Below are positions 1 through 9,540 of a stretch of DNA of 64,000 nt, one piece after another. How positions within the stretch are numbered: position 1 is the first letter of the stretch; every line of letters starts with the position of its first letter. Both the position numbers and the translations under genes were made by a program. The notes beneath the pieces were generated by a model that had not been told where the DNA came from, made no database searches, and saw nothing but the letters and a program-made list of their open reading frames with translations. Source of the stretch: Candidatus Bathyarchaeota archaeon (GTDB lineage Archaea > Thermoproteota > Bathyarchaeia > Bathyarchaeales > Bathycorpusculaceae); NCBI GenBank assembly GCA_963780185.1, contig CAWABA010000007.1, positions 1 through 64,000 on the forward strand, given 5' to 3'.

Positions 1-929
1 AGTCGTTGGTCCCCAGCCCAGGTCTTTTAGTTTAAGTTCCATGTCTTTCCAACGGGCTTCTCCTCCAGAGTTCACAACATTACACATATTTGTTCCGGAT
101 GGTGTATAGCAGATTGTACCCTTCAATTACAATACCTCACTACTATTTCCGTAACTCTTTATATTATGAGTAAATAATACTTTCCTAATAAGTATTAAGC
201 ATTTCAAGACAAGCGAGGAAGAGAAAACGTGAAAAAAGAAAATTGAGAATAAACGCAAGGGTTCCGTAGAGCCTAAGAAAGAGCTCATGCAAGAGTTTGT
301 CGCCAAAGATACCCACATAAACGAAAGCGACCTTCTGCAAATTCAATCCGAGAAAAAATCCAAAGAGACGCACCTGAACTCTACAATCACCTTTTTTGAG
401 GAGAAAACAATAGCATGAACAAGCAAGTCGAATTTTGGTCAAGCTCCGAGATGCTTCTCAAATGCTTGGACACCACAAACGAATACATTGACTCTTTAGC
501 GCCGCCTGAAGTCAAAGAAACAACCAAAACCACCGTAGCAGTCCATGAAATAAATTTCAGCTCCCTCGAAATTTGAAACCCAGCAAGGCGCTAGACTTGG
601 CGAGCATGAAATCGCCTACAAAGCAAACAACATAGAAGACAAATGGCGCCCAGCCTACAACATCCTGCGCAACAGCAACGTCACCATAAAGAAGAGACTC
701 CACGGCGAAACCTACGCTTACAGCTACTGGCTATATGGCGAAGACAAAATCTACCGCCAAAAACTCAAACCCAAACCCCAAAACTGGCAGGAGGACAATT
801 CGATTCATGGCTGACCGTGGGAAGGGTAAAAAAATGCGGCGACTGCGCCAATTGGAAAATCAAAGACAGCCCATGACGCTGACTATGATGACATCGTTAA
901 AGGGGTAATTGTAAAGTAAATCCAGCCTG

Positions 930-2604
930 CGGTGAGTTTTACCCAAAGGAAAAGAAAAGCCCAGATTCCATAAGGCATGCGGTTATTCAGAGCAGGGATA
1001 TTATGAAGCGATTTACCATAAAGGGAAACCTGCATTTCTCACAATAAACAAGGGCGAATTCAGAGTCTGCAAAGAAGTGACCACTGAAGGCGGAAAGCTT
1101 CCTACCCAAAGAGTACCCCAACGAGTTCCCATATGAACCCTACGGCAACTATAAAGGGTCTGTGTCTAGCCGTGAAGAGTTGTTTTGGAAGGTCAGGGAA
1201 GAGTTTGATTTGTTTTTGGATGTGGAGTCGATTTGGAAGGATTACTTAGCCGCCTGCGTTCTGCTCAGTTATCAGCAAAGAAACTGCGCAGATTCCCTAC
1301 GTTTACTTTGTTGGGGATAACGAGAGCGGCAAAACCGTTGCTCTGAACCTGCTTAATTGGCTGTGCTACCGTCCCAGTGCTAGGCGTAACCATCCCCTCC
1401 GCCGACACTTATGGCTACTTAGATGATTCAGATGCGCCTGGAACAATCCTAGAAGACGAAGCGCAGGGTTTACAGCGGGATATGGACAAGGCGAAAATCT
1501 ACAAGGCAGGCTACAAAAAAGGCGCAGTCGTCCCCCGAACCATGATAACGCAAAACAAGCGTTTTATCAAATATTTTCGCGTTTTTTGCTTCAAGGCTTG
1601 TGCGGCTGAAGAGATGCCCCGTGTCAAAGGCTTACTCGAACGCTTCATTTTTATACCAATGGTTGAAGGCTACCCTAGAAAAGACTGGGCAGACTTCAAT
1701 GAAGCAGACGAAAAACGTCTCCGCAATCTACGGGATATGCTATTGAAATGGCGCCTGTTAACTAAGGAGTGGCAGATTCCCGAAATAGAATTACCCGTCA
1801 AAGGGCGACTCGAAAAGAGCTCTGGAAACCCACCATCCAAATTATTTCAGGATTAACAGTTGAAAGTGACCTACAAGCTCACCTTGAAGCGCTGCAGAAA
1901 GAACGGCTTAGCGAGAAAATGGCAACACACTAGAGGGGCATATCGTTAAGGTAGTTTGTGACTTGTACGTTTCTGGTCAGCCGCTGGCTTTCGTTGATGT
2001 CTGGGATGGTTTGGTTGGGGATTTGGAGGGTAAGTTGGATGATAAGAAGCCAAACAAGATGGATACCCCTGAGTTCGGGGAAGTTACCAAGCAGAAAGTT
2101 GGCTATAGACTCCGTGAAGTATTAAGCGGTAAGAAAAACAACACCAGAGGGGACAAAAGGGTCCGGGCAGAGTCTACGATTTCGACGTAGAGAAACTAAA
2201 GCGCATAGCCAAGAAATACGGTTGCACCTTTGCAAACAAGTTAACGAGTTATACAAGTAGCGGCAGTGCTCGAGCCATCAAAACCCAAAAACAAAGTAGA
2301 AGAAAAAAGCCTCTTTCCAGAAAAAAGGCCTGATTTGCAGAGTGAAAAAACTGAAAAAGAGGCGCAGGCACCTCGGGAGGTCATTTCACTTGTTAACTCG
2401 TTTGCATGCGTTAGCTTTGAGGAGTTGGAGGCTAAAGCCAAATCGGTTGTACGGTTAACCATGGATTTTGGGATTGAAACCTGCGTAACCTGCGGCGTCA
2501 AAGGCAGACCAGATTGGCAAGTCACAGAATTTGATGATTCATGGGGGTTCCTCTGTGGACCATGCGGTCAGAGGCTTTCTGAAAAGTTGCATAACCATAG
2601 TTAG
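930..2604 (+). pseudogene. Frameshifted P-loop NTPase, putative replication protein of the integrated element
   Basis: Walker A-like GDNESGKT at ~1315-1338 in frame with ORF 1377..1856 (ILEDE Walker B-like); continues through 1963..2190 and 2266..2604 (C-terminal CxxC...CxxC); start approximate. Confidence 0.5.
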
Positions 2605-2618
2605 CAGGGTGAGAGGGA

Positions 2619-3885
2619 ATGGCTGGACTTACACCGGAAGACAGCATATTTGGCAACAAAGCCAGTTCAAACAGTAAGTCGCCCCCGAAAGGGATGCTGG
2701 CTCCAGCCCCCTATGCCCACACTGCAAATCAACAAAAGTTTGGAAAGATGGCATCAGGCGCTCCTTTTTCGGCGATAAAATTCAAAGATGGGTTTGCCGA
2801 AAGTGCGGCAGACGCTTCTCAGACCCACAAGACGTAGCAAGACTCAAAAACCGTTTGAACGTATTGAAACAGTTGAAAGGCAGTCATTAAAAACCATAAA
2901 GGACATAGTAACTAACTGCCAAATATGCGTCACGGAGACGAAAAACTTGGCAGCAGAACCTCAAAAACCGAAGTTCTGCGGAGAAATGAAAACGACATCA
3001 AAAGGAAAAATCCTCGAATACATCTGGTGGTTGAAAAAGAACGGCAATAGCGAACAAACAATCCTCAGGACGAACAAAAATACTCATTATAATGGTCAAA
3101 CGCGGCGCAAACCTCTACGACCCCGAAACGATCAAAGCAGTCATAGCCAAACAAACCTGGAGTAACGGAAGAAAAAACAACGCAGTAGACGCCTACTCAT
3201 CATTTTTAAAAATGGTTGACGGCAAATGGAATCCTCCGCTCTACCAAACAATACGAAAACTACCCTTTATCCCAAAAGAAACTGAAATTGACCAGCTCAT
3301 CGCAGGATGCAGCCGACGCATGGCAACATTCCTTCAGATACTCAAAGAGACAGGCGCAAGATGCGGAGAAATCTGGTGACTCAAATGGGAAGACATAGAT
3401 TTCGAAAGCAAAGTAGTAAACATAACTGCTGAAAAAAACAGCAACCCAAGAGTCGTTCACCTTAGTACAAGCTCCTTGAAATGCTCGAAAACCTACCCAA
3501 ACCTACGGCGACAGAATATTCTCGTACCCTCACATGCCAGTGGACCATCACGGCACAACCTTCAGCCATCAACGAAAACTCATAGCCCACAAACTCAGAA
3601 ACCCAAGACTCCTAAAAATCCATTTCCACACATTCCGCTACTGGAAAGGCAACCATGCTCTACCACAAACCAAGACATGTACTACGTCATGCAACGCTTG
3701 GCCACAAACAAATCAAAAACACGCTGCTATACGTTCAACTCGAAGAAGCGCTATTCCAAGGAGAACACGAATACATCTCAAAAGTAGCTAAAACTGAAAA
3801 AGAAGTCTGCGCCTTAATAGAGGCAGGATTTGAGTACGTCACGGACTTTCAAGACGCAAAAATCTTTAGAAAAAGCAAGCTTTAA
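2619..3885 (+). pseudogene. Tyrosine recombinase/integrase with N-terminal Zn-ribbon, split over several frames
   Basis: Motifs ETGARCGE, HFHTFRY and LGHKQIKNTLLY lie in consecutive ORF fragments; in-frame TGA at 3377-3379 plus frameshifts. Confidence 0.8.
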
Positions 3886-3941
3886 CATACAAAAAAGGTC
3901 TAACATCGCCAGCAAAAACCCCCAGACCATTTGCTTTATAT

Positions 3942-4029
3942 TGGTGCAGGGGGTGGGATTTGAACCCACGAACGCCTGCGCGATAGGGTCCTAAGCCCTA
4001 CTCCTTTGACCAGACTTGGAGACCCCTGC
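3942..4029 (-). tRNA. tRNA-Leu(TAG)
   Basis: GCAGGGG/CCCCTGC acceptor stem, TAGGG-CTTAGGA-CCCTA anticodon arm, long variable arm, GGTTCAAATCC T arm, encoded CCA. Confidence 0.97.
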
Positions 4030-4433
4030 ACTTGTGCCTGAACCAAAACGGAGAACCCACATATTAACATAAAGTTGTCGTCGGCGGCGTCGGGGCGCGG
4101 CGGTTTTTGGATTGGTTTTTGTGGCTGGTTTTTGATGTAAATAGTAGACCCCCTCCCCCCTTCGGCAGGTTTTTGAGGCGTCGCCTTTGGGTTGCTTTTT
4201 TGGTTTAGGCTTGGATTCACTTAGATGTTGGCTTCTGAGGAGACAAGAGAAGAGGCGTTTTCGGCTAGATTTTTGTAATATTACAAAACCAGCAGGACTC
4301 AACGATTCCACGCATAAACCCTTTACTCCAGCATCCTTGCCCCTAAGCTCGTCTCCGCCCCCATTCTTCCCACTTGTGAACCGTAAGCATTTTATTGGCT
4401 AGCAGCGTTGATTCACGGTAACAGCAAAATTGC

Positions 4434-4510
4434 GCCTTCGTAGCCTAGCCCGGTGGGGCGTTACCTTGGTAAGGTAATGGTCGCGGGTCCAAATCCCGCC
4501 GAAGGCTCCA
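4434..4510 (+). tRNA. tRNA-Thr(GGT)
   Basis: GCCTTCG/CGAAGGC acceptor stem, TTACC-TTGGTAA-GGTAA anticodon arm, GCGGG/CCCGC T stem, encoded CCA. Confidence 0.95.
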
Positions 4511-4519
4511 GTTCTCTCT

Positions 4520-4747
4520 TTACTGCTTTTCTATTAGCTGGAGGAATTCTTCCCGGGTTAAACCTGCCTGCTGAACGATTGCTAAAAGCGTGCCTTTCTT
4601 AACGGGGTCATGCCGTGGCACGGTAAGTTTGTGTTTTCCATCCGTTAAAAATATGTGGCTGCCTTTCTGGCCCACTACTTTGAATCCGACGCTGACAAGT
4701 GCTTTTATGATTTTTCGCCAAGAAACAGAGGGCAGCTTTTCAGACAG
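4520..4747 (-). CDS. hicA: HicA-family mRNA interferase toxin (75 aa, apparent CTG start; not in the ORF track)
   Basis: Manual translation (M)SEKLPSVSWRKIIKALVSVGFKVVGQKGSHIFLTDGKHKLTVPRHDPVKKGTLLAIVQQAGLTREEFLQLIEKQ; GSH and VPxH motifs; overlaps the hicB stop. Confidence 0.88.
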   Translation of the reverse strand: MSEKLPSVSWRKIIKALVSVGFKVVGQKGSHIFLTDGKHKLTVPRHDPVKKGTLLAIVQQAGLTREEFLQLIEKQ

Positions 4748-4964
4748 TTATCTGCACCAGTTCTTTCTTGCGTTTAAGCTGGTCGGCTTCTTCGGGGAAG
4801 GTTTCTAAGTAGCCTTCGATTGCTTCTTTGATGTTGGTGAGGGCTTCTTTGCGGCTTTCTCCTTCACTTATGGCTCCTGGAAGTTCCACGCACTGCGCTG
4901 AATAGCCGCCTTCAGGCTCCTCCCTCAAAAGTACCGTGAATTTTCTGCCTTTAATTTCCACCAT
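4740..4964 (-). CDS. hicB: HicB-family antitoxin
   Basis: EPEGGYSAQCVELPGAISEGESRKEALTNIKEAI is a typical HicB N-domain; adjacent to hicA. Confidence 0.9.
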   Translation of the reverse strand: MVEIKGRKFTVLLREEPEGGYSAQCVELPGAISEGESRKEALTNIKEAIEGYLETFPEEADQLKRKKELVQITV

Positions 4965-5060
4965 AAGGTTGCACTACCCATAAAACCAACCCTCGTGTAG
5001 ACCATATAAACTTTGACCAAGAAAACTCTATTCGTTTTTGTCAGTGGCGTTTTGTGGGCT

Positions 5061-5099
5061 AGGCAATGGTTGCGGGTTCTAATCCCGCCGAAGGCTCCA
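5061..5099 (+). repeat. att-like copy 2 of the tRNA-Thr 3' end
   Basis: 35/39 identity to 4472-4510 (aggcaatggttgcgggttctaatcccgccgaaggctcca). Confidence 0.92.
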
Positions 5100-5172
5100 A
5101 ACAACTTCGCTTTTAGATAAAAAGAAAAATGATAAGTGGGAAAAAATATTCTGAAAAACAAAAACCGCTTTA

Positions 5173-5429
5173 TTAGAGTGCACTACGAAACTCTGTAAGC
5201 GCACGTTGTAACCTCATTCCGTCGTCCCATGTTAGCGCGTCGCCCTCATAGAAAATTGCTGTTAAACCTTTTAGAATAGTCGGCAAAACATCCTGAAATT
5301 TCTTATCAATTACTAGAATTACTCTTTTGTTGTAATTTAGGAAGCTACCGCCTACTTCAATAAGAACATTTTCGTTTATTCCATACCCTTCCCCTTGCTT
5401 TTTTTCTTCGTCCGCACTAATATTTATTA
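5173..5429 (-). pseudogene. Displaced C-terminal part of the TIR-domain gene (no start codon of its own)
   Basis: Translates INISADEEKKQGEGYGINENVLIEVGGSFLNYNKRVILVIDKKFQDVLPTILKGLTAIFYEGDALTWDDGMRLQRALTEFRSAL*; NVLIEVG is the Cap12/Pycsar-type TIR motif; joins in frame to ...CNCAIINI of 15931..16881. Confidence 0.9.
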
Positions 5430-5443
5430 CCTAAGTATTATCT
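5418..5443. repeat. Left att of the nested element: 12-bp core plus inner arm CCTAAGTATTATCT
   Basis: Core identical to 16011-16022; arm is a 12/14 inverted match to 15997-16010. Confidence 0.88.
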
Positions 5444-5611
5444 GGGTAATAGTTAAAGCCAAATTCACCTTTCAAACTGACATAATGACCCTTCTCGAAT
5501 CGAGAATATTTACGTTTTGATTAAAGATTAAAAAAACTTTCATCTTTCTCGGTGAAGATATCGTCCCACATTTGAGCTTAATTATTTCCTATTTACTCCC
5601 TCTGGTATTCT

Positions 5612-5791
5612 TTAGGTGATAGATTTTTTTGTGATTGATGGTGTGGTGTCTGTTGGTGGTGCTAATGAGCAGTTGTGTTTTTCAGGTTGACGATGCTTAT
5701 CACAAAAAATATGCGCACAAAAGGGACATATGTATAGCGTTAAAAATAGTGGGTACTCTTTTGCTTTTCCACAAACTTGACAACTATCCAT
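5612..5791 (-). CDS. AN1-type zinc-finger small protein (59 aa; not in the ORF track)
   Basis: MDSCQVCGKAKEYPLFLTLYICPFCAHIFCDKHRQPEKHNC shows the CxxC..CxxC..FCxxHRxPExHxC pattern. Confidence 0.75.
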   Translation of the reverse strand: MDSCQVCGKAKEYPLFLTLYICPFCAHIFCDKHRQPEKHNCSLAPPTDTTPSITKKSIT

Positions 5792-5854
5792 GTCTTCTAT
5801 CTCCTTAGCTGTATAGTTAGAGTCATAGCGATATAACGTTTGGCAGTGCGAGGG

Positions 5855-6205
5855 CTAAAATTTAAAGCCCCTTTTGTACTCGTGAAAATCCTCATCTTCC
5901 TTTGTGTAAAGCTCGCCCATCGGAAGGGGATCATTCGATTTCTCACCAGAAGAAGTAGGGGATTTGGAGGAGTCTTGATTGGTTGTCTTACGCTTATCCT
6001 TTTCTGACTCCTCAAGCTCCGCAAAGACCTCGGGATATTGCTTTTTCAACTTTGCCCTTGCGCAAATTCTTGTCGATTGATTGTCGCTGAGTGCTTGTTC
6101 AACAAGTGACTTGACTTTCCAATCATTCCAGATATCTTTAGCTTTGTCCTTTGCCTTCGCACCAAGCAATCTTAGGATTTTTTCCGCTTCATCCTCAATG
6201 GTCAT
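5855..6205 (-). CDS. Hypothetical protein
   Basis: 116-aa ATG ORF with charged, helical composition. Confidence 0.6.
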   Translation of the reverse strand: MTIEDEAEKILRLLGAKAKDKAKDIWNDWKVKSLVEQALSDNQSTRICARAKLKKQYPEVFAELEESEKDKRKTTNQDSSKSPTSSGEKSNDPLPMGELYTKEDEDFHEYKRGFKF

Positions 6206-6347
6206 GCTTTCTTACCCTCAAATCGGTTTTTTCAAGACTCTGTTCAATCTCGTACATCATATAGACTCTCTTTCGTTATAATCTTTTTGCCTTTTAGACG
6301 CTCACAGTTTCGGAGTCAAACTCAATGTTGTTCTCGTCATAAATCAA

Positions 6348-6557
6348 TCACCTCCCAAAAACAAAAAGGAAAAGGTTTAGGCTTTTGGAGTCGCTGAATA
6401 TTGCGGTTAGCTCTTTGATTGCGGTTAGCTCGGATTCCTTTTGCTTTTTGACTTTCTCCAATGCTATCTTAAAGAAATCCAAGTTTTTCTGCATCTTTGC
6501 GATTGTTTTTTGGCGAGTCTCAATGATTGCGGTCAGGGCTTTTTCTCTTTTATCCAA
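6348..6557 (-). CDS. Hypothetical coiled-coil protein, possibly a fragment of a longer frameshifted gene
   Basis: Lys/Glu-rich helical ORF. Confidence 0.4.
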   Translation of the reverse strand: MDKREKALTAIIETRQKTIAKMQKNLDFFKIALEKVKKQKESELTAIKELTAIFSDSKSLNLFLFVFGR

Positions 6558-6851
6558 TTTTTCAAGACGTGCTTGAGCCGTTGCGGCAAATCCTTTTTTC
6601 TCGGTCTTGCCTTTCTTGACTGATTTGCTATTTTTGCCTTTAGATACTACTTTGCTACCTGGAGAAACAACGGTAGTGGAGGAAATTTTTTAACATCTTT
6701 TTGCAATTTTTTGAATTTCCATGTATGCCACCATAATGGTCTATAGACTTTGATCAAATAATATAACACTATGGTACCTATAGTTTAAACACAACAATAA
6801 ACCCTTAAAACGTTTCAAATTGAATATTAGATTAAAAGAAGATGAATTGAT

Positions 6852-7049
6852 TTGGGTGGGAAAGGAAGCGGTGCTAAAAAGCGTCATAAAAATATCAAAT
6901 CCAGTTCAAGGTCAGACTACAAGGGCTATCAGAACGAGTATTACAAAAAAGTCACAGCGCCACTCAATCACAGACTCAACAGTTACATGGTTGATTTCTC
7001 CCCACCTAAAATGCATGAACCAAAAAGAAAGAACGAATGGAGTTTTTGA
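6852..7049 (+). CDS. Small basic hypothetical protein
   Basis: GGKGSGAKKRHK N-terminus; TTG start. Confidence 0.45.
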   Translation: MGGKGSGAKKRHKNIKSSSRSDYKGYQNEYYKKVTAPLNHRLNSYMVDFSPPKMHEPKRKNEWSF

Positions 7050-7266
7050 GAGATGAACAAAGGTCAGGTTCCTCAGGTTAAAGATGGTCTCTGGAATCGT
7101 GCTAAGGAGCAAGGAAACTTACATAAAAAAAGCGGGGGTAAATGAATATGGGACGCAAACAGCCACTAAGAGAGAAAAAGCATAACCCACTAAGCTTACA
7201 AAAAATTGAAAGAATAGTTCAAGCTGAACAAAAGTTTCACAGACCGATTACGGAGGTGAAACATAA

Positions 7267-7482
7267 ATGACAAAAAGCAAACAATGGAAAGAGAAAGATA
7301 TCAAAGAGAAGCCGCTTAACATGGGCAACATCATGGGAGATCGCAGTGTCAATCATAGCTTAACAGGAGACATGAGTGAAGGACTAGTCACTCGAAAAGA
7401 AGCGAAGGAAGGACTGATCACGCGAAGAGAAGTAAATGAAGGATTGCTGACCAAGAAAGATAGGGAACAAGGTCTGATGTAA
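7267..7482 (+). CDS. Small protein with 10-aa tandem repeats (EGLxTxxxxx)
   Basis: GGAGGTGA Shine-Dalgarno upstream; EGLVTRKEAK/EGLITRREVN/EGLLTKKDRE. Confidence 0.65.
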   Translation: MTKSKQWKEKDIKEKPLNMGNIMGDRSVNHSLTGDMSEGLVTRKEAKEGLITRREVNEGLLTKKDREQGLM

Positions 7483-7552
7483 GTGTGTTCGTTCAGCAAT
7501 CAATCTTTATCCTTTTTTTTAATTAAAACCGAGAATTTGTGAGGTGAGATGA

Positions 7553-7660
7553 ATGGCAAAAAACACAAAGCAAAAGCCAAAGCCTAAATTTGGCACTCCC
7601 GAGTGGATGGAGTATATTCGTAGCTGCCGTGGTAAAGGTAAAAAGAAGAAGAAGAAATAA
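7553..7660 (+). CDS. 35-aa highly basic peptide
   Basis: GAGGTGA Shine-Dalgarno; MAKNTKQKPKPKFGTPEWMEYIRSCRGKGKKKKKK. Confidence 0.55.
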   Translation: MAKNTKQKPKPKFGTPEWMEYIRSCRGKGKKKKKK

Positions 7661-7697
7661 TCCCCAATCAAATCCTTATCCTTTTTCTTCGTTTAGA

Positions 7698-7783
7698 GTG
7701 GGGTATTTTGCGTAAGAATCGTGAGGTCTTCCCATCAATGGGAATCTTTGACTAAAACAACGAGTGAATAATTTTGAAATTAG
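7698..7783. repeat. ~85-bp direct repeat, copy 1
   Basis: gtggggtattt.gcgtaagaa...gtcttcccatc...ggaatctttgactaaaacaa.gagtgaataattttgaaattag; also at 9136-9220. Confidence 0.92.
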
Positions 7784-8037
7784 GGCGTGCGCTTTCGATG
7801 ATATGCCATAATTCTTGTGGTTATGGCACTTAGTACTTTGATTATAAGATACAATACGCCATATGATATACCTGCAAGAATTAAACAACTAATGATAACT
7901 ATATCTATGATGCGCGCGCTAAATGTGAATGGCCCATTATACCAAGTGTAACAAAACCAAACCACAAAGAAAATTATGAACCAAATCCATTGGTGTACGG
8001 CATACCAGTGTTTTTGTTTAAGATTTTGTTTTTGCAT
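7780..8037 (-). CDS. Small membrane protein (2 TM)
   Basis: Two hydrophobic segments; stop codon lies inside repeat copy 1. Confidence 0.65.
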   Translation of the reverse strand: MQKQNLKQKHWYAVHQWIWFIIFFVVWFCYTWYNGPFTFSARIIDIVIISCLILAGISYGVLYLIIKVLSAITTRIMAYHRKRTP

Positions 8038-8261
8038 TCAACTCATTTCCCGTATGCCAACAATTAAGCCGATTATGACAACAATTAACCCTTTATTAGC
8101 CGTGCCAATTTACCCAATTGACTTAACGCTAACTTATCTTAAAAATTTTTGCCCTTTCACCTTTTATTGTTTAAAAGCTGAATATGAAAAAGCCTCAAGT
8201 TAATCAACTGATAAAAATGCCAAATTGCCAAAAAGCCACTTAGGATAGGGTATTGAAGAAC

Positions 8262-8690
8262 CTAAGTGAACTCGATTTTTTTCAATGGAATTGGCTTTGG
8301 TTTCTCTTTTATTTTGTTAGGTTGTATTATCCATCTTTTTTCACAGATTTTATTTTTCTGGAAGGTGTCATTATTAAAAATCAGTAGTTGCGTCTCTAAA
8401 TCCATATCCATATCATAAACAAAGTAGATGAAAAAATCATTAAATTTATTATTTTTCTCAAGATAATCTAATGTCTGTTGTGTTATTCTTAGATTGGTTT
8501 CCTTTTTCATACATCCCTTAACTTCAATGTATTTTTCCCCAGAAATAACATCAATACCTTTCTTTATGATTTTGGGCTTTTCTCCCTTGTCTTCGAGATA
8601 ATGTACAACATATCCAATTGCCAAGTCTTCAATATCTTTAGTTGATTTTATTTTTGCCATATTCAATAGAATACCTCCAATTTTATTCAC
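8262..8690 (-). CDS. Small PD-(D/E)XK-type nuclease-like protein
   Basis: E...GIDVISGEKYIEVKG motif. Confidence 0.6.
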   Translation of the reverse strand: MNKIGGILLNMAKIKSTKDIEDLAIGYVVHYLEDKGEKPKIIKKGIDVISGEKYIEVKGCMKKETNLRITQQTLDYLEKNNKFNDFFIYFVYDMDMDLETQLLIFNNDTFQKNKICEKRWIIQPNKIKEKPKPIPLKKIEFT

Positions 8691-8754
8691 CTGCTACCTG
8701 TTTGTTTGTTTATACATTTAACATTTTGCTGAGCTAAGCTCAGTTCATCATGTT

Positions 8755-9063
8755 ATGGTATTATCAGAACAGCTAGTTCTTTTAAATTGGGCAGAATTAT
8801 TGAAGATAACGCAGATAATACAAATTGCAAGCGTTCAAATTATATTATATCTACTCAAAAAAGGAGAAGTGAGACATTCCGAGCTTTCAGAAACTGTTAA
8901 CAGTCGAGGAACGTTGAGTCTTAGCTTGAAAGACCTTATAGAAGAAGGATTAATTCAAAGGAGAGTCTTGGACACAAAACCTATACAAAGTCTTTACAGC
9001 TTAACTGAGAAAGGTGTTTTGGTTGCTAAAGAAATGTACGAAATACAGAGTTTAATGAGTTAA
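8755..9063 (+). CDS. HxlR-family winged-helix regulator
   Basis: RHSEL..TLSLSLKDLIEEGLIQRRV...YSLTEKG. Confidence 0.8.
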   Translation: MVLSEQLVLLNWAELLKITQIIQIASVQIILYLLKKGEVRHSELSETVNSRGTLSLSLKDLIEEGLIQRRVLDTKPIQSLYSLTEKGVLVAKEMYEIQSLMS

Positions 9064-9135
9064 ACAAACCTAATTTACTAAGTCACTTTTCAAAACTACA
9101 TTCAGATAGATGACGCTCGATTCTTGCTCAAATAG

Positions 9136-9220
9136 GTGGGGTATTTAGCGTAAGAAATGTTATGTCTTCCCATCCAAGGAATCTTTGACTAAAACAATGA
9201 GTGAATAATTTTGAAATTAG
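9136..9220. repeat. ~85-bp direct repeat, copy 2
   Basis: Near-identical to 7698-7783. Confidence 0.92.
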
Positions 9221-9486
9221 CGTGCATGAATTTTGAAATCTGCATAATACCTAAGCAGAAGACCACCTACAAATAAGAATGCAGCTAAAACGATGTCATA
9301 CGTAAGATGATTTCCTAACAGAAATACTCCAAATAGAATGAATAATCCATAAAGAATGCCAATAAAGGCAATACATCCACCAATTCCACGTAAAAATTTA
9401 AACCCAGCATATCTCCAGAAACCTGGACTCATTACACATTTCCCAAAGTTTTCATATTCATTGAATTTGCTTATAAGATTTTGCAT
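9217..9486 (-). CDS. Small membrane protein (2 TM)
   Basis: Two hydrophobic segments; stop codon lies inside repeat copy 2. Confidence 0.65.
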   Translation of the reverse strand: MQNLISKFNEYENFGKCVMSPGFWRYAGFKFLRGIGGCIAFIGILYGLFILFGVFLLGNHLTYDIVLAAFLFVGGLLLRYYADFKIHAR

Positions 9487-9540
9487 ACTGATTACCTATA
9501 ACGTGGCAGTTGGATAAAAATAACTAATGGAGAAAGAAAC

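Larger units (their letters stand above)
1..3941. mobile_element. Integrated element (partial) at the 3' end of tRNA-Leu; the other end is outside the window
   Basis: Tyrosine integrase ends about 55 bp from the tRNA-Leu CCA end; replication-type P-loop gene upstream; no core genes. Confidence 0.7.

Noticed and set aside
3936-4402. ORFs 3936..4220, 3991..4311 and 4187..4402
   Set aside because: They overlap tRNA-Leu or the tRNA promoter region; no protein motifs
7698-9220. Canonical integron attC sites
   Set aside because: No RYYYAAC/GTTRRRY ends and no evident IntI-specific insertion; kept only as integron-like
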